A DNA stretch of 64,000 bases from an uncultured Gemmatimonadales bacterium (GCA_963798845.1 CAWCUS010000001.1:192001-256000); one strand, 5' to 3'. Positions 20,076 to 30,099 are shown, counted from the stretch's first letter. A program made the numbers and translations. Notes: generated from the letters alone by a model not told the origin.

Positions 20076-20672
20076 TCAGCCGCTCCCCTCTGCGGACTCG
20101 TCGTACTGGTGAACCCGGACGCGGGCCGGGCGAATCAGCACGTCGCGGAACCGGTAGCCGGGCTGCAACACGTCGGCCACGCGTCCGTCCTCGGCGGGGT
20201 CGTCGGTCGGGATCGCCATGAGCGCCTCCATGACTTCAGGGTCGAACGGCTGCCCCAGGGCCTGGACGCGCTCGAGCCCGGCGGATTCCAGCACCGATAC
20301 GAACTTCTTTTCCACCAGGCGAACACCTTCCGCGAGGGAGTCGACGGTCGTCCGGGGTCCGGTCTCCTCCACCCGCTGAAGGTCGTCGATCACGTCCAGC
20401 AACCCGCTCACGAGGTCCGCCTGGAGCCGTGCCGCCATCAGCTGCCGCTCGCGCTCGTTGCGCTTCCTGTAATTGTCGAACTCGGCGGCGAGGCGGAGGT
20501 GGCGATCGTTCATCGCCTCGAGCTCTCCACGCAGCTCATCCATCTCGACGGCCACGTCGTTCGTGGCCACGGCGTCCTGGGCGGCCACGTCTCCGGCGTC
20601 CGAAGGCGGGGCGGACGCCTGCGGCTCGTCGGCGGCGGCGGACCGATCTCGTCTCTTATGTTCCGTCATCAT
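20076..20672 (-). CDS. grpE: Nucleotide exchange factor GrpE
   Basis: RLAAEFDNYRKR, FDPEVMEA, QPGYRFRDVLIRPARV. Confidence 0.96.
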   Translation of the reverse strand: MMTEHKRRDRSAAADEPQASAPPSDAGDVAAQDAVATNDVAVEMDELRGELEAMNDRHLRLAAEFDNYRKRNERERQLMAARLQADLVSGLLDVIDDLQRVEETGPRTTVDSLAEGVRLVEKKFVSVLESAGLERVQALGQPFDPEVMEALMAIPTDDPAEDGRVADVLQPGYRFRDVLIRPARVRVHQYDESAEGSG

Positions 20673-20716
20673 CTCGTCAGCTTGGTTGGCAGGCGCAGCT
20701 TCGCGCCGTTCTCGGG

Positions 20717-20754
20717 TGCAATCGGGATGCCGCGGGCGACTGCCGCATTGGCAG
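20717..20754 (-). promoter_or_regulatory. Putative sigma-54 promoter of grpE-dnaJ with an upstream palindrome
   Basis: Minus strand CGGCATCCCGATTGCA (GG-N10-GC with TTGCA). CTGCC-N5-GGCAG inverted repeat at 20740-20754. Confidence 0.55.
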
Positions 20755-20759
20755 CCCGC

Positions 20760-21608
20760 TCACTCCAGCCTGTCCGTGATCCAGTCGCGGATCTCGCCCA
20801 GGACCGCGCCCCGTCCCCGCTCCTGGATGACTTCATGATACATCGCCGGGAGGACGTCCACGCTCACGTTGTCCGACGGGAGGGAGCGGGCGAAGGCGAT
20901 GCTGCGCTCGGCGTCCACGACCTTGTCATCGCCGGCGATGATGAAATGGGCCGGGATGGAAATGCGGTCGCCGCGTCGCAGGGCGAGCTCGATGGCGGAC
21001 GCCGTCTCGGTGAACAGTCGCGGCGTGATGGTGGAGTGGATCTGCGCATCGTCCCGGTAATCGGCGGCGCGCTCCTCGTCGTGGGTGAGCAGCCCGGGAT
21101 CGAGGTGGAACGGGAACGGGAACGCCGGGAGCGTCCGGTTGAGAACGCCGGCGAGGATGGACTGCCAGGGGGGAACCGGGACGGCGGTGCCGAGCCACGG
21201 GGACGTGATGACGGCACCGGCGAGCGGAGACTCATACTCCTCCAGGTATCGCACCGAGATGAGCCCACCGAGGGAGTGGCCGACGAGGAAGAGTGGCGTT
21301 TCCACCGGGAGCAGGCCCTGCACTTCACGGCGGAACCGGTCGAGATCCTGGAGGAATATGTCGAACCTGCGCACGTGGCCCCGCCGCCCCTCGGAGGCGC
21401 CGTGGCCGCGCAGGTCCATGGAGAAGCTGGACAGGGCGTATCCCGCCATGTAGTCCCCGAACTCCTCGTAGCGGCGGCTGTGCTCGAACAGGCCGTGCAC
21501 CACGATCAGGCCGGCGAGGGGCTCGTCCGCTTCCCACGTGCGATAGTGGAGCCGAAGTCGACCCACGCCCTCGAAATAGCCGTGATTCATGCGTGCCGTG
21601 ATGCTCAT
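20760..21608 (-). CDS. Alpha/beta hydrolase (lysophospholipase/monoglyceride lipase-like)
   Basis: VHGLFEHSRRY, DLRGHGASEG, GHSLGG nucleophile, DDKVVD, YHEV. Confidence 0.92.
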   Translation of the reverse strand: MSITARMNHGYFEGVGRLRLHYRTWEADEPLAGLIVVHGLFEHSRRYEEFGDYMAGYALSSFSMDLRGHGASEGRRGHVRRFDIFLQDLDRFRREVQGLLPVETPLFLVGHSLGGLISVRYLEEYESPLAGAVITSPWLGTAVPVPPWQSILAGVLNRTLPAFPFPFHLDPGLLTHDEERAADYRDDAQIHSTITPRLFTETASAIELALRRGDRISIPAHFIIAGDDKVVDAERSIAFARSLPSDNVSVDVLPAMYHEVIQERGRGAVLGEIRDWITDRLE

Positions 21609-22084
21609 TCCGCGTCCTCCAGGAGGTGCCAAAGGACCTCGAGAGCCGCGCGCACGGACTCGGTCCGGACGCGGGCTCGATCCCCGTCGAAGTGGAACCG
21701 GCGAGCGACCTCGCGCCCCCGGAGCGCGGCGGCGATCCAGACCGTGCCCACGGGCTTGTCCGAAGTGCCGCCGCCGGGACCCGCCACACCCGTCACCGCC
21801 ACCGCCGCATCCGCCATGCCGACCCTGAGCGCCCCCGCCACCATTTCCCGGGCGACGGCCTCGGAGACTGCGCCGTGCGCGGACAGGGTGGTTCGGTGCA
21901 CGCCCAGGATCCGTTCCTTGGCGTCGTTCGCGTACGCGACGACGCCCGCCACCAGGAATTCCGAGGCACCGGCCCGGTCCGTGAGGGCCGCGGCCACCAT
22001 CCCGCCGGTGCAGCTCTCGGCGAGCGCGAGCCGGAGTCCCTTCTGCGCGAGGGACCGGGAAACGCTCCCGACCAGGTCCGTCAT
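21605..22084 (-). CDS. cinA: CinA C-terminal domain protein (NMN deamidase PncC-like)
   Basis: AESCTGG, GAVSEAVAREM, TGVAGPGGG, KPVGTVW. Confidence 0.9.
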   Translation of the reverse strand: MTDLVGSVSRSLAQKGLRLALAESCTGGMVAAALTDRAGASEFLVAGVVAYANDAKERILGVHRTTLSAHGAVSEAVAREMVAGALRVGMADAAVAVTGVAGPGGGTSDKPVGTVWIAAALRGREVARRFHFDGDRARVRTESVRAALEVLWHLLEDAE

Positions 22085-22731
22085 GGCCGCGTCGCCCCCG
22101 GCCTGCTCCAGCTCCACAGGTAGACAGCCATGGAGAACACGGTGAGGATGATGGCGATGAGGAGCGACAGCGCGAGCACCGGTCCGTGCAGAAGCCCGCG
22201 CCACAACTCCCAGAACCGCCCCGTCCAGCCGTGCGCCTGGGCGGCGGCGACCAGGGCGTACCAGAGCACTGCGGAGCCGCTGAAGATGTTCTGGAACACG
22301 GCTTTGTACTTCCCCGCCTTCCCCGCCGGAATGACTCGCCCCCGCTGCGCGGCCACCTGCCGGACGATCGTGATCAGGAGCTCCCGACCGAAGATGACGG
22401 CCAGGACCCAGAGGGGGAGGGCGCCCCAGTACGGGAGCGCGTTGAGGGGGCCGGGGCGATGGGAAAGGATGTAGAATGGGATGAAGGTCACGACGAGCAG
22501 CAGCTTGTCGGCCACCGGGTCCATGAGCTTCCCGAAATTCGAGATCCACCCATACTTCCTGGCCAGGTAGCCGTCCCAGAGGTCGGACACGGCGGCGGCG
22601 AGGAAGAGGAGGAAGGCGATGAAGCGGGGCCAGAAGCCGTCGGCGAGGATCAGGAAGAAGACGGCTGGCGCGACCAGGATCCGGCCCACCGTGATGACAT
22701 TGGGGATCGTGCGAGCACGGAGGATGGCCAT
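22081..22731 (-). CDS. pgsA: CDP-diacylglycerol--glycerol-3-phosphate phosphatidyltransferase
   Basis: PNVITVGR, DLWDGYLARK, FGKLMDPVADK. Confidence 0.9.
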   Translation of the reverse strand: MAILRARTIPNVITVGRILVAPAVFFLILADGFWPRFIAFLLFLAAAVSDLWDGYLARKYGWISNFGKLMDPVADKLLLVVTFIPFYILSHRPGPLNALPYWGALPLWVLAVIFGRELLITIVRQVAAQRGRVIPAGKAGKYKAVFQNIFSGSAVLWYALVAAAQAHGWTGRFWELWRGLLHGPVLALSLLIAIILTVFSMAVYLWSWSRPGATRP

Positions 22732-22738
22732 GATCGGG

Positions 22739-23317
22739 TCACCCCAGCCTCTCGAAGACCCGCTTGCTTACACCCCGGAGCGTCTCGAACACGCCGGTCC
22801 CGAGGCTGGCCACGGCCTCGAACTCCTGGAGACCTCCCGGATTCAGCTGGGCGTGGAGCTCTTCCAGCGGCAGCCGGCTCGGGAGGTCCCGCTTGTTGTA
22901 CTGGATCACCGTGGGCAGGTGCTGCGTGTCGTAGCCGTATTCGGACAGGTGCTCGTAGAGGTTCTGCATGGAGGCGAGATTCGCGTCCATGCGCTCGGGT
23001 CCGGAGTCGGCCACGAACACGACCCCGTCGACGTTCTTGAGGATTAGCCGTCGACTCGCGTTGTAGTACACCTGGCCGGGCACGGTGTAGAGGTGAAACC
23101 GGGTCTTGAACCCGCGGATGGTACCGAGAGCGACGGGCAGGAAATCGAAGAAGAGGGTCCGCTCGTTGTCCGTCGCGAGGGAGATGAGGCGCCCCCTCGT
23201 CTCCGGATTCACGGTCTGGTAGACGTATTCGAGATTGGTGGTCTTGCCGCCGAGGCCGGGACCGAAATACACGATCTTGCAGTTGATCTCGCGGCTGGCG
23301 TAGTTGATCACGGGCAT
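22739..23317 (-). CDS. mglA: MglA small Ras-like GTPase
   Basis: [34 protein letters not shown]. Confidence 0.93.
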   Translation of the reverse strand: MPVINYASREINCKIVYFGPGLGGKTTNLEYVYQTVNPETRGRLISLATDNERTLFFDFLPVALGTIRGFKTRFHLYTVPGQVYYNASRRLILKNVDGVVFVADSGPERMDANLASMQNLYEHLSEYGYDTQHLPTVIQYNKRDLPSRLPLEELHAQLNPGGLQEFEAVASLGTGVFETLRGVSKRVFERLG

Positions 23318-23330
23318 GTTCCGCGCCCCC

Positions 23331-23819
23331 TCACCCGGCGAACAGCCGATCGATCTCGCCGAGCGCGTCCTGTGCGAATCCCGGCTGGAGCGTCGGCCGT
23401 TCCTGCGGCCGTGCCGCGGCTTCGTGGAGGACATCCTCGAGCTGCGGCACAACCTGCCGGATCTGGACCCGGACCGTGCCGTGCGTGGTGCCGCCGTCGA
23501 AGATCGTGGCCAGGATGGCCGCGCCAGCGACGTTGGAGAGGAACATGGACCCGTTCACGCCGCGGTGGTACAGCGAGGCGAACTCCCGCTCGCCGAGCAC
23601 GCCGGCGAGCTGGTCGCTGGCGTCGAAATCGGCGGCCGCCAGAACGGCGAAGCTGATGACGTCGAGGTGGCCGACATCGCCGGCGGTGGTGACGGCCCGC
23701 CCCGATCGGTCGAGGAGGAGCGCACAGCGGGCGCCGGCTTCGGCGACGAACGCGTGGAGCAGACGGTGCAGGCGTTCGAGGTCGTCGGAATCGAGCGCGG
23801 CTATCGGGTCAGAGCTCAT
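23331..23819 (-). CDS. mglB: MglB roadblock/LC7 domain GAP
   Basis: ALLLDRSG...[13 protein letters not shown]...GTVR; lies directly upstream of mglA. Confidence 0.85.
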   Translation of the reverse strand: MSSDPIAALDSDDLERLHRLLHAFVAEAGARCALLLDRSGRAVTTAGDVGHLDVISFAVLAAADFDASDQLAGVLGEREFASLYHRGVNGSMFLSNVAGAAILATIFDGGTTHGTVRVQIRQVVPQLEDVLHEAAARPQERPTLQPGFAQDALGEIDRLFAG

Positions 23820-24137
23820 CCGGCAGCCTCGCCGGAGAGAGCCTCCCGAGCTCGAAGGCTCCGCTCCAGCTTGTCCCGCACCTGCTCCGCGCGGCGGCGG
23901 ACCAGCGGCTGGCGTTCCCAGGCGATGTAGTCACGAAGGAGGCGCAGCGAGTCCACCGTGGGCTCGCTCCCGGCGATGTAGCCCAGGGCCGCCAGCCGCC
24001 GCAGCGGTCGACTGCTGAAGAGGTCTCTGCGGTGCCGCGACATTCTGGTTCCGCAGGAAGAGCACGCCGAGCACCGAAGCGGCGGCGGTGGCGATGAGCG
24101 CGATTCCCGTGATGCGAAGGACCTGCTTCATTCTCAT
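23816..24137 (-). pseudogene. Small membrane protein split by a +1 frameshift at about 24044 (possibly a sequencing error)
   Basis: The TM ORF (MRMKQVLRITGIALIATAAASVLGVLFLRNQ) and the ORF MSRHRRDLFS... join in frame if one A is removed from CAG-A-ATG. Confidence 0.7.
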
Positions 24138-24140
24138 CCG

Positions 24141-24743
24141 TCAAAGCTCCCGTCGTCCGGACAGCGCCTCCGCAATGGTGACCCCGTCGGCGTACTCGAG
24201 GTCGCCGCCGACCGGGAGGCCGCGAGCCAGGCGCGTCACCCGCACCCCAGCGGGGCGGACCAGCTTCTGGAGGTAGAGCGCGGTGGCCTCGCCTTCCACG
24301 CTGGGGTTCGTGGCTATGATCAACTCCTGCACGGCGACGCCGGTCTCCCCGCCGGCATCGAGGCGCCGGAGCAGTCGGTCGATGTTCAGCTCCTCGGGGC
24401 CGACACCATCGAGGGGCGAGAGACGTCCACCGAGGACATGGTAAAGCCCGCGGTATTCGCCGGTTCGCTCGATCGCCCCGATGTCGGCGGCCTCCTCCAC
24501 GACGCAGATCACGGACGGATCCCGTCTGGAGTCGGTGCACAGCTCGCAGGGATCGGCTTCGGTGAGATTACCGCATCGGGAGCATTCGCGCACGCGCTCG
24601 GCCACGGCCTGGATGGCGTGGGCCAGCCGGCGGCTCTCCTCGGGACTGCGCTTCAGGAGGAAGAAGGTGAGGCGGAGCGCCGTCTTCCGTCCTATGCCGG
24701 GAAGACGCGACAGCTCGGTCGTGAGCTCGTCGATGACACCCAT
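24141..24743 (-). CDS. recR: Recombination mediator RecR
   Basis: LPGIGRKTA, C4 zinc finger, YHVLGGRLSPLDG, TNPSVEGEATA, LARGLPVGGDLEYAD. Confidence 0.97.
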   Translation of the reverse strand: MGVIDELTTELSRLPGIGRKTALRLTFFLLKRSPEESRRLAHAIQAVAERVRECSRCGNLTEADPCELCTDSRRDPSVICVVEEAADIGAIERTGEYRGLYHVLGGRLSPLDGVGPEELNIDRLLRRLDAGGETGVAVQELIIATNPSVEGEATALYLQKLVRPAGVRVTRLARGLPVGGDLEYADGVTIAEALSGRREL

Positions 24744-24748
24744 TCGCC

Positions 24749-25072
24749 TCAGGGCAGATTCGGCAGCTGGAACGGGAGCGGAAGTCCGCCGGTGAGCTTC
24801 TTGAGCTCTTCCTCATAGAGGCCGCGCGCACGCTGCTGGGCGTCGGAAACGGCCGCGAGGACGAGGTCTTCGAGCATCTCGACGTCGGTGGAGTCCACCA
24901 CGGACGGGTCGATCTTCACCTCCCGGACCCGGCCCTGCCCATCGGCCGTGACCGTCACCATCCCACCGCCGCTGCTGCCGGAGATCTTGTGCTTGCCGAG
25001 CTCCGACTGGAGCTCGGAGAAACGGGCCTGCATTTGCTGGCCCATCTGTAGAATCTGCTGAAAATTCGTCAT
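24749..25072 (-). CDS. ybaB: YbaB/EbfC nucleoid-associated protein
   Basis: GSSGGGMVTV, DVEMLEDLVLAAV; located between dnaX and recR. Confidence 0.93.
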   Translation of the reverse strand: MTNFQQILQMGQQMQARFSELQSELGKHKISGSSGGGMVTVTADGQGRVREVKIDPSVVDSTDVEMLEDLVLAAVSDAQQRARGLYEEELKKLTGGLPLPFQLPNLP

Positions 25073-25097
25073 GAAATTCGCCCGAAGATAGCGGCCG

Positions 25098-26864
25098 TCA
25101 GTCCAGCATTTCAAGGTCCCACTGTTTTACCGCCCGGTCCAGTGCCGGTTCCTCACTGGCCAGCTTCCGAACCTGCTCATCGCGGACGCGCTCCGGTGTG
25201 AGGCGTGCGGACTCGACGCCCCCGGCCGGTCGGACCGCGAGGCGGATCTCGCGACCGAGGCGACGCCTCAGCGCCGCCTCCAGCGCGTCCCTCGCGCGTG
25301 CGTCCAGCATCTCCAGCCCCGGGCCGGGCGGTAGCTCGATGGTGACCCGGTCCTCGTCGTCCTCCACCACGGCGGCAGTCCGGAGGAAGAGCCCGAGCCC
25401 CGGCGGGAGTCCGGCGTTCCCACCCGCCGCGATGGCACGCAGGGCCTCGTCCGCGGTGCCGGGAGCGGCGGCAGCCGCACCGGGAGTGGCGGATCCGAGC
25501 TCAGCGGAGGGCGGCGGTGTCGCTGGCGGGCTCTCGCCGGGTGCGGGCGCGGGCGCGGTCCGCGCTTCTCCCTGCGAGCCTGAAGCCGCTCCTGCCCGTG
25601 TGCCCCCGGACCCCGCAGGGCCACCGCCGGCGCCGGGGGGCACGCCGCGCGGCCTGCGCGGCCGCGGTCGGGGATCGGGCGTGAGGTCCGGTGAGTGCGG
25701 TTCCGGCGCTGGGGCCGCCCCGCCTGCGGCGCGGATCAACCCCTCGACATCGGCAGTTCGCGGGAGATGCGCGAAGCGAAGGAGAAGGGCCTCGAGGAGG
25801 ATACGGGGGTTCCCGCTCTTGCGGAAGCGTCCGTCGGCGTCCAGCTCGGCAGTCTGGGCCAGCATGCGCAGGAGGTCGCCCGTGGAGAACGCCCCGGCGC
25901 GTTCGGCCCAGAGGGGCCGCAGGTCCGGCCGGACCTCAGCGGCGTCGGCACCATCGAAGCGGATGATGAGCAGCGAGCGAACGGCATCGGCGAGGCCGCG
26001 ATAGAACTCACTGAGGTCGTAGCCCCCTTCGACGACGTCCTGGACGAAGCGGAACACGTCTCCCACGCGTCCGGCCGCGATGATGGCAAAGAGGTCGAGG
26101 TAGACCTCGTCCGCCACCAGGCCCAGGATCCGCTGGACGTCGGCGGCCCGAAGCTCGCCCTCGACGAAAGAGAGGGCCTGATCCAGGAGCGAGAGAGCAT
26201 CCCGCATACCGCCTTCGGCGCGACGGGCGAGGAGGAGCAACGCCTGCTCATCCGTCTGCACGCCCTCGGCCTCCAGGACCTGACCGAGGCGCTGGACGAT
26301 GGCCGGCACGCTGAGGCGGTGGAAATCGAAGCGCTGCGTGCGCGAGAGGATCGGGGGCGCGGTTTGCTGGATCTTCTGCGGCTCGGTGGTGGCGAAGATG
26401 AAGACGACGCGGGGCGGCGGCTCCTCCAGGATCTTGAGCAGGGCGTTCCATGCTTCGCGGGTGAGCATGTGCGCCTCGTCGATGATGTACACCTTGTAGC
26501 GCGACTCCTCGGTGGGCGCGTACATGGCGCGCTCCCGTAGGTCGCGGGCGTCGTCCACGCCGCGATTGGAGGCGGCGTCGATCTCCACCACGTCGAGGGA
26601 AGTGCGGCCCGCCCAGATGCGCTCGCACGACTCGCACGTGCCGCACGGCTCCCCGTCCTCGCCGCGGTTCGGGCAGTTCAGCGCCATGGCGAGGACGCGG
26701 GCGGCAGTGGTCTTGCCGACGCCCCGGGGGCCGCTGAACAGGTAGGCGTGGGCCACCCGGCCCCTGGCGATGGCGGAGCGGAGCGTCTCGGAGACGTGCT
26801 CCTGCGTGATCATCTCGGCGAACCGACGGGGACGGTACGTGCGGGCGAGAGCGTTGCGCGTCAT
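25098..26864 (-). CDS. dnaX: DNA polymerase III subunit gamma/tau
   Basis: HAYLFSGPRGVGKTT, EIDAASNRGV, IIDEAHML, LLKILEEPP; Pro/Ala-rich linker. Confidence 0.97.
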   Translation of the reverse strand: MTRNALARTYRPRRFAEMITQEHVSETLRSAIARGRVAHAYLFSGPRGVGKTTAARVLAMALNCPNRGEDGEPCGTCESCERIWAGRTSLDVVEIDAASNRGVDDARDLRERAMYAPTEESRYKVYIIDEAHMLTREAWNALLKILEEPPPRVVFIFATTEPQKIQQTAPPILSRTQRFDFHRLSVPAIVQRLGQVLEAEGVQTDEQALLLLARRAEGGMRDALSLLDQALSFVEGELRAADVQRILGLVADEVYLDLFAIIAAGRVGDVFRFVQDVVEGGYDLSEFYRGLADAVRSLLIIRFDGADAAEVRPDLRPLWAERAGAFSTGDLLRMLAQTAELDADGRFRKSGNPRILLEALLLRFAHLPRTADVEGLIRAAGGAAPAPEPHSPDLTPDPRPRPRRPRGVPPGAGGGPAGSGGTRAGAASGSQGEARTAPAPAPGESPPATPPPSAELGSATPGAAAAAPGTADEALRAIAAGGNAGLPPGLGLFLRTAAVVEDDEDRVTIELPPGPGLEMLDARARDALEAALRRRLGREIRLAVRPAGGVESARLTPERVRDEQVRKLASEEPALDRAVKQWDLEMLD

Positions 26865-26955
26865 CGGGGCTCGGGCGATCCCGGGGCACGTTGGAACAGG
26901 TGCGAGGCGCGCGCCTTGCGAGTGCCTTCACGCGGCGAGCGCGAGTAAAGAAAAT

Positions 26956-27051
26956 GCCCCAGGCGAACCGCAGCGGCGTCCGCGTCACTTACCGCTGCTA
27001 CCTTCACGGTCCTGACGGGTTTCGCGAGCTCGCGCCCTGCGGGCCTGGGGC
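26956..27051 (-). ncRNA. ffs: Signal recognition particle RNA (4.5S)
   Basis: Terminal stem GCCCCAGGC/GCCTGGGGC and helix-8 motif TCAGGACCGTGAAGGTAGCAGC. TACGTT -10 at 27058-63. Usual position upstream of dnaX. Confidence 0.93.
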
Positions 27052-27129
27052 GAAAGGAACGTAACGGCAGGGGAGTCGGGGTTCAACCCCGTCCGGACCT
27101 TCGGACGGGAGTCGCAACGGAGGCACGGG

Positions 27130-27579
27130 ATGGGTGAGGTGGACTGGCGAGCCAACCTGGTGACGAGCGATGAGGAAGTGCGGGGGATCCTCGAGAGCGC
27201 CCGCCGCATAGCGGTGCTGGGGATCAAGCCGGAATTCAAACGCGATCAGCCGGCGCACTACGTCCCTGCCTACCTGAAGGAGGAGGGATACGAGGTGGTC
27301 CCCGTCCCCGTGTACTATCCCGGGGTGACGGAGATCCTGGGCGAACCGGTGTACAGGGAGGTGTCCGCCATACCCGGGCCGGTGGACATGGTGGACGTGT
27401 TCCGCCGTCCCGGCGACATCCCACAGCACGTCGACGATCTCATCGCGAAGCACCCCGACGTGGTCTGGTTCCAGCTGGGCATCCGCAACGACGAAGCTGC
27501 CGAGCGCCTGGCCCGAGCGGGCATCCGGGTGGTCCAGAACCGCTGCACGCTGGCGGACCACCGCCGGTTCGGGCTGTAG
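27130..27579 (+). CDS. CoA-binding domain protein (YccU-like)
   Basis: IAVLGIK, VDMVDVFRR, VVWFQLGIRN, VVQNRC. Confidence 0.92.
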   Translation: MGEVDWRANLVTSDEEVRGILESARRIAVLGIKPEFKRDQPAHYVPAYLKEEGYEVVPVPVYYPGVTEILGEPVYREVSAIPGPVDMVDVFRRPGDIPQHVDDLIAKHPDVVWFQLGIRNDEAAERLARAGIRVVQNRCTLADHRRFGL

Positions 27580-27596
27580 CAACAACGGAGGTGAGC

Positions 27597-27812
27597 GTGC
27601 CGCTGGATTTTCGAAGGGCAACGACGCTGTTCATGGGCACGGAAGAGGAGCTGGCGCGAGCTCTGGGCATGGAGGCGGGCGACCTCCGCCGCTATCGGCA
27701 GCAGCCCGAATCCGTTCCGGACGACGTGCTGGCCCGGCTCGGCAATGTGCTGATGGAGCGGGGACGGGGGATGCGCCGAGTAGGTGAGCTCCTGAAGGAA
27801 GCCGGGGATTGA
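27597..27812 (+). CDS. Small hypothetical protein, possible HTH fold
   Basis: GGAGG SD 5 nt before GTG 27597; EEELARALGMEAGDLRRY resembles a helix-turn-helix. Confidence 0.65.
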   Translation: MPLDFRRATTLFMGTEEELARALGMEAGDLRRYRQQPESVPDDVLARLGNVLMERGRGMRRVGELLKEAGD

Positions 27813-27822
27813 GGGCGGCGGC

Positions 27823-28182
27823 TCACGGCCGCCACGCGTCCTCCAGGTGCCGGACCGATGTTCGGTCGGGTTCACGCGTCACGGAAACGGCATCGAAGCG
27901 GAAGGCCCGGTAGCCGGCCCCCCGCCCGGCGATCCAGCCGAGCGCCGCCGTCGCCAGGTCGCGGCGCTTGGCCGGGCCGATGGCTTCGAGCGGGTCTGCG
28001 AGCCTCGCCGCACCCCGCGCCTTGACCTCCACGAAGGCTACAAGTCCGTCCCGCTCGGCCACCAGGTCGATCTCCTTGTGATGAAAGCGCCAGTTGCGGT
28101 CGAGAATGCGCCAGCCGCGCCCTTCCAGGTAGGCAGCCGCCAGCTCCTCGGCCTTCTGTCCGAACCGTCGTCGCGCATCCAT
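27823..28182 (-). CDS. YraN (UPF0102) family protein
   Basis: GWRILDRNWR, EIDLVA, FVEVKAR, RFDAV. Confidence 0.92.
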   Translation of the reverse strand: MDARRRFGQKAEELAAAYLEGRGWRILDRNWRFHHKEIDLVAERDGLVAFVEVKARGAARLADPLEAIGPAKRRDLATAALGWIAGRGAGYRAFRFDAVSVTREPDRTSVRHLEDAWRP

Positions 28183-28255
28183 GCGGTTCCCTCCCCCGCC
28201 AAGCTGGCGATCGGCCCGGGGCGAAGGAATGGCGCGATGCGCCAACGCTGGGGCA

Positions 28256-29296
28256 TCAGGCCGGGAGCTCGATGGTCGGGGCCATGCGCCGGCCGATCGC
28301 CTCGGCGATGATGCGGGCCTGCTCCATCAGCTCGTCGAACTGAGCCGGGAAAAGCGACTGCGCCCCGTCGGAGATCGCATGGTCCGGATCGGGGTGGACC
28401 TCGACCATCAGGCCGTCCGCGCCGGCTGCGACCGCGGCCCGGGCCATGGGCACGACCTTGGCCCTCAGCCCCGTCCCGTGGCTCGGGTCTGCGATGATCG
28501 GCAAGTGCGACAGGGATTTCACCACGGGGATGGCGGTGAGGTCGAGCAGGTTGCGCGTGTGGGTGTCGAAGCTGCGCACCCCGCGCTCGCACAGGATCAC
28601 GTTCGGATTGCCCTCGCTCACCACGTACTCGGCGGCGAGGAGCAGTTCCTTGATGGTGGCAGCGAGGCCGCGTTTCAGAAGCACCGGCTTACCCACACGG
28701 CCGGCACGGCGCAGCAGCGGATAGTTCTGCATGTTCCGGGCGCCGATCTGCACGATGTCGGCGTGCTCGGCCACGAGGTCGACCATGTCGGGCTCGAGGG
28801 CTTCGGTGACCACGGCGAGGCCGGTCTCTTCGCGGGCGAGGGCCAGGAGCCGGAGGCCGGGCTCGCCGAGCCCCTGGAAGGCATACGGCAATGTGCGCGG
28901 CTTGAAGGCGCCGCCACGGAGCACGGTGGCGCCTGCGGCGCGCACCTGGCGGGCGGCGGTGAGGATCTGGCTTTCCGACTCGACGGCGCACGGGCCGGCG
29001 ATGACCACGACCTCGTCGCCGCCGATGCGGGTGCCGTTGCTCAGCTCGATGATGGTGGGCTCGTCGCGCCATTCCCGCGAGACCTGCTTGTACGGCTGGG
29101 TCACCTGGATGACCTGCTGCACGCCCGGTAGCGCCTCGAGGCGGTCGCTGTCCACCCGGCCATCGTTGCCGACGAGCCCCACGGCGGTGCGCTGCTTGCC
29201 CGGGATCGGTCGGGCTTCGTAGCCCATCTCCTCGATGGTGTGGACGACGCGGCGGACATCCTCGTCCGGGGCCCCGTGATTCATCACGACGAGCAT
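28256..29296 (-). CDS. aroF: 3-deoxy-7-phosphoheptulonate synthase (type I-beta, N-terminal regulatory domain)
   Basis: [55 protein letters not shown]. Confidence 0.96.
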   Translation of the reverse strand: MLVVMNHGAPDEDVRRVVHTIEEMGYEARPIPGKQRTAVGLVGNDGRVDSDRLEALPGVQQVIQVTQPYKQVSREWRDEPTIIELSNGTRIGGDEVVVIAGPCAVESESQILTAARQVRAAGATVLRGGAFKPRTLPYAFQGLGEPGLRLLALAREETGLAVVTEALEPDMVDLVAEHADIVQIGARNMQNYPLLRRAGRVGKPVLLKRGLAATIKELLLAAEYVVSEGNPNVILCERGVRSFDTHTRNLLDLTAIPVVKSLSHLPIIADPSHGTGLRAKVVPMARAAVAAGADGLMVEVHPDPDHAISDGAQSLFPAQFDELMEQARIIAEAIGRRMAPTIELPA

Positions 29297-30099
29297 GATT
29301 CTCCGGTCGGTTCGGGGATCTCGAAGGCACGGCCGTCCTCGGCGCGGACGGTCTCACCCGTCCAGCCGGCTTCACGGACGAGGCGGACGACGTCCCGCTC
29401 GCCGAGCCAGGGATAGACGTGCGTCACCACGAGCCTCCGCGGCCGGGCCACGCCGGCGAGAGCGGCGAGCCTGGTGGGGGTCAGGTGAATGTCGATGGCC
29501 TCGTCGTCGGGAAGGGAGCACTCGGCCAGGAGCAGGTCGACGCCGGCGAGGAAACGGCCGACATCGTCGGACGGGCCGGTGTCACCGGTGTAGCCGACGC
29601 CGACCTGTTCGTCTCCTCCGTGGTCGGCCGCGGGAGCGGGCCGGACGCGGAAGGCGAGGGACTCGGGCGTGTGGGGCGTCTCGGCCGCAGTGATCTCGAG
29701 CCGACCGATCACGACCGGGTCCCCGGCCCCGATCTCGCGCACGAGGAGCGGGAACCCGGGGTCGGCCACGTGGTCGCCGAAGGCGGCCTCCATGGCGCGG
29801 AGGCGCTCCTGGATGCCCCGCGGCGCCAGGACGGTGAGCGGCGCGCTCCGCCGCTGCCGGACGCCCCACTTCAGGGCGAACAGGAGCGCGGGGAGGTCAC
29901 CGGTGTGGTCGTTGTGGAAGTGTGAAATCGCGACGTGGTCGATCCCCTGCCAGTCGAGGCCGAGACGGGCCATGCTCCCCACCGCCCCGGGTCCGCAATC
30001 CATGAGGAGGCGGGTGTCGCCCTCTTCGACGAAGTAGGCGGAGCAGGCGCGGGTGGGCTCGGGCGCCGCGGTTCCAGAGCCGACTAGGGTGAGGCGCAC
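29284..30099 (-). CDS. MBL-fold metallo-hydrolase (RNase Z-like)
   Basis: LVGSGT, DCGPG, HFHNDH, YTGDT, HLTP, THVY. Confidence 0.9.
   Translation of the reverse strand: MRLTLVGSGTAAPEPTRACSAYFVEEGDTRLLMDCGPGAVGSMARLGLDWQGIDHVAISHFHNDHTGDLPALLFALKWGVRQRRSAPLTVLAPRGIQERLRAMEAAFGDHVADPGFPLLVREIGAGDPVVIGRLEITAAETPHTPESLAFRVRPAPAADHGGDEQVGVGYTGDTGPSDDVGRFLAGVDLLLAECSLPDDEAIDIHLTPTRLAALAGVARPRRLVVTHVYPWLGERDVVRLVREAGWTGETVRAEDGRAFEIPEPTGESCSS

Noticed and set aside
22698..22702. Other CAATG/CATTG sites such as pgsA IPN, smc VDN (33229) and ychF FNAL (39017) as further lesions
   Set aside because: Asn is the expected conserved residue at these sites, so they are genuine and were excluded from the CATC pattern.
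25250..25730. Programmed gamma/tau frameshift in dnaX
   Set aside because: I saw no A AAA AAG or poly-A slippery site, only a low-complexity Pro/Ala/Gly linker.
27088..27109. Hairpin CCCGTCCG-gacctt-CGGACGGG between ffs and the CoA-binding gene
   Set aside because: It lies between divergent genes, has no U-tract and no second copy was seen, so no function can be supported.
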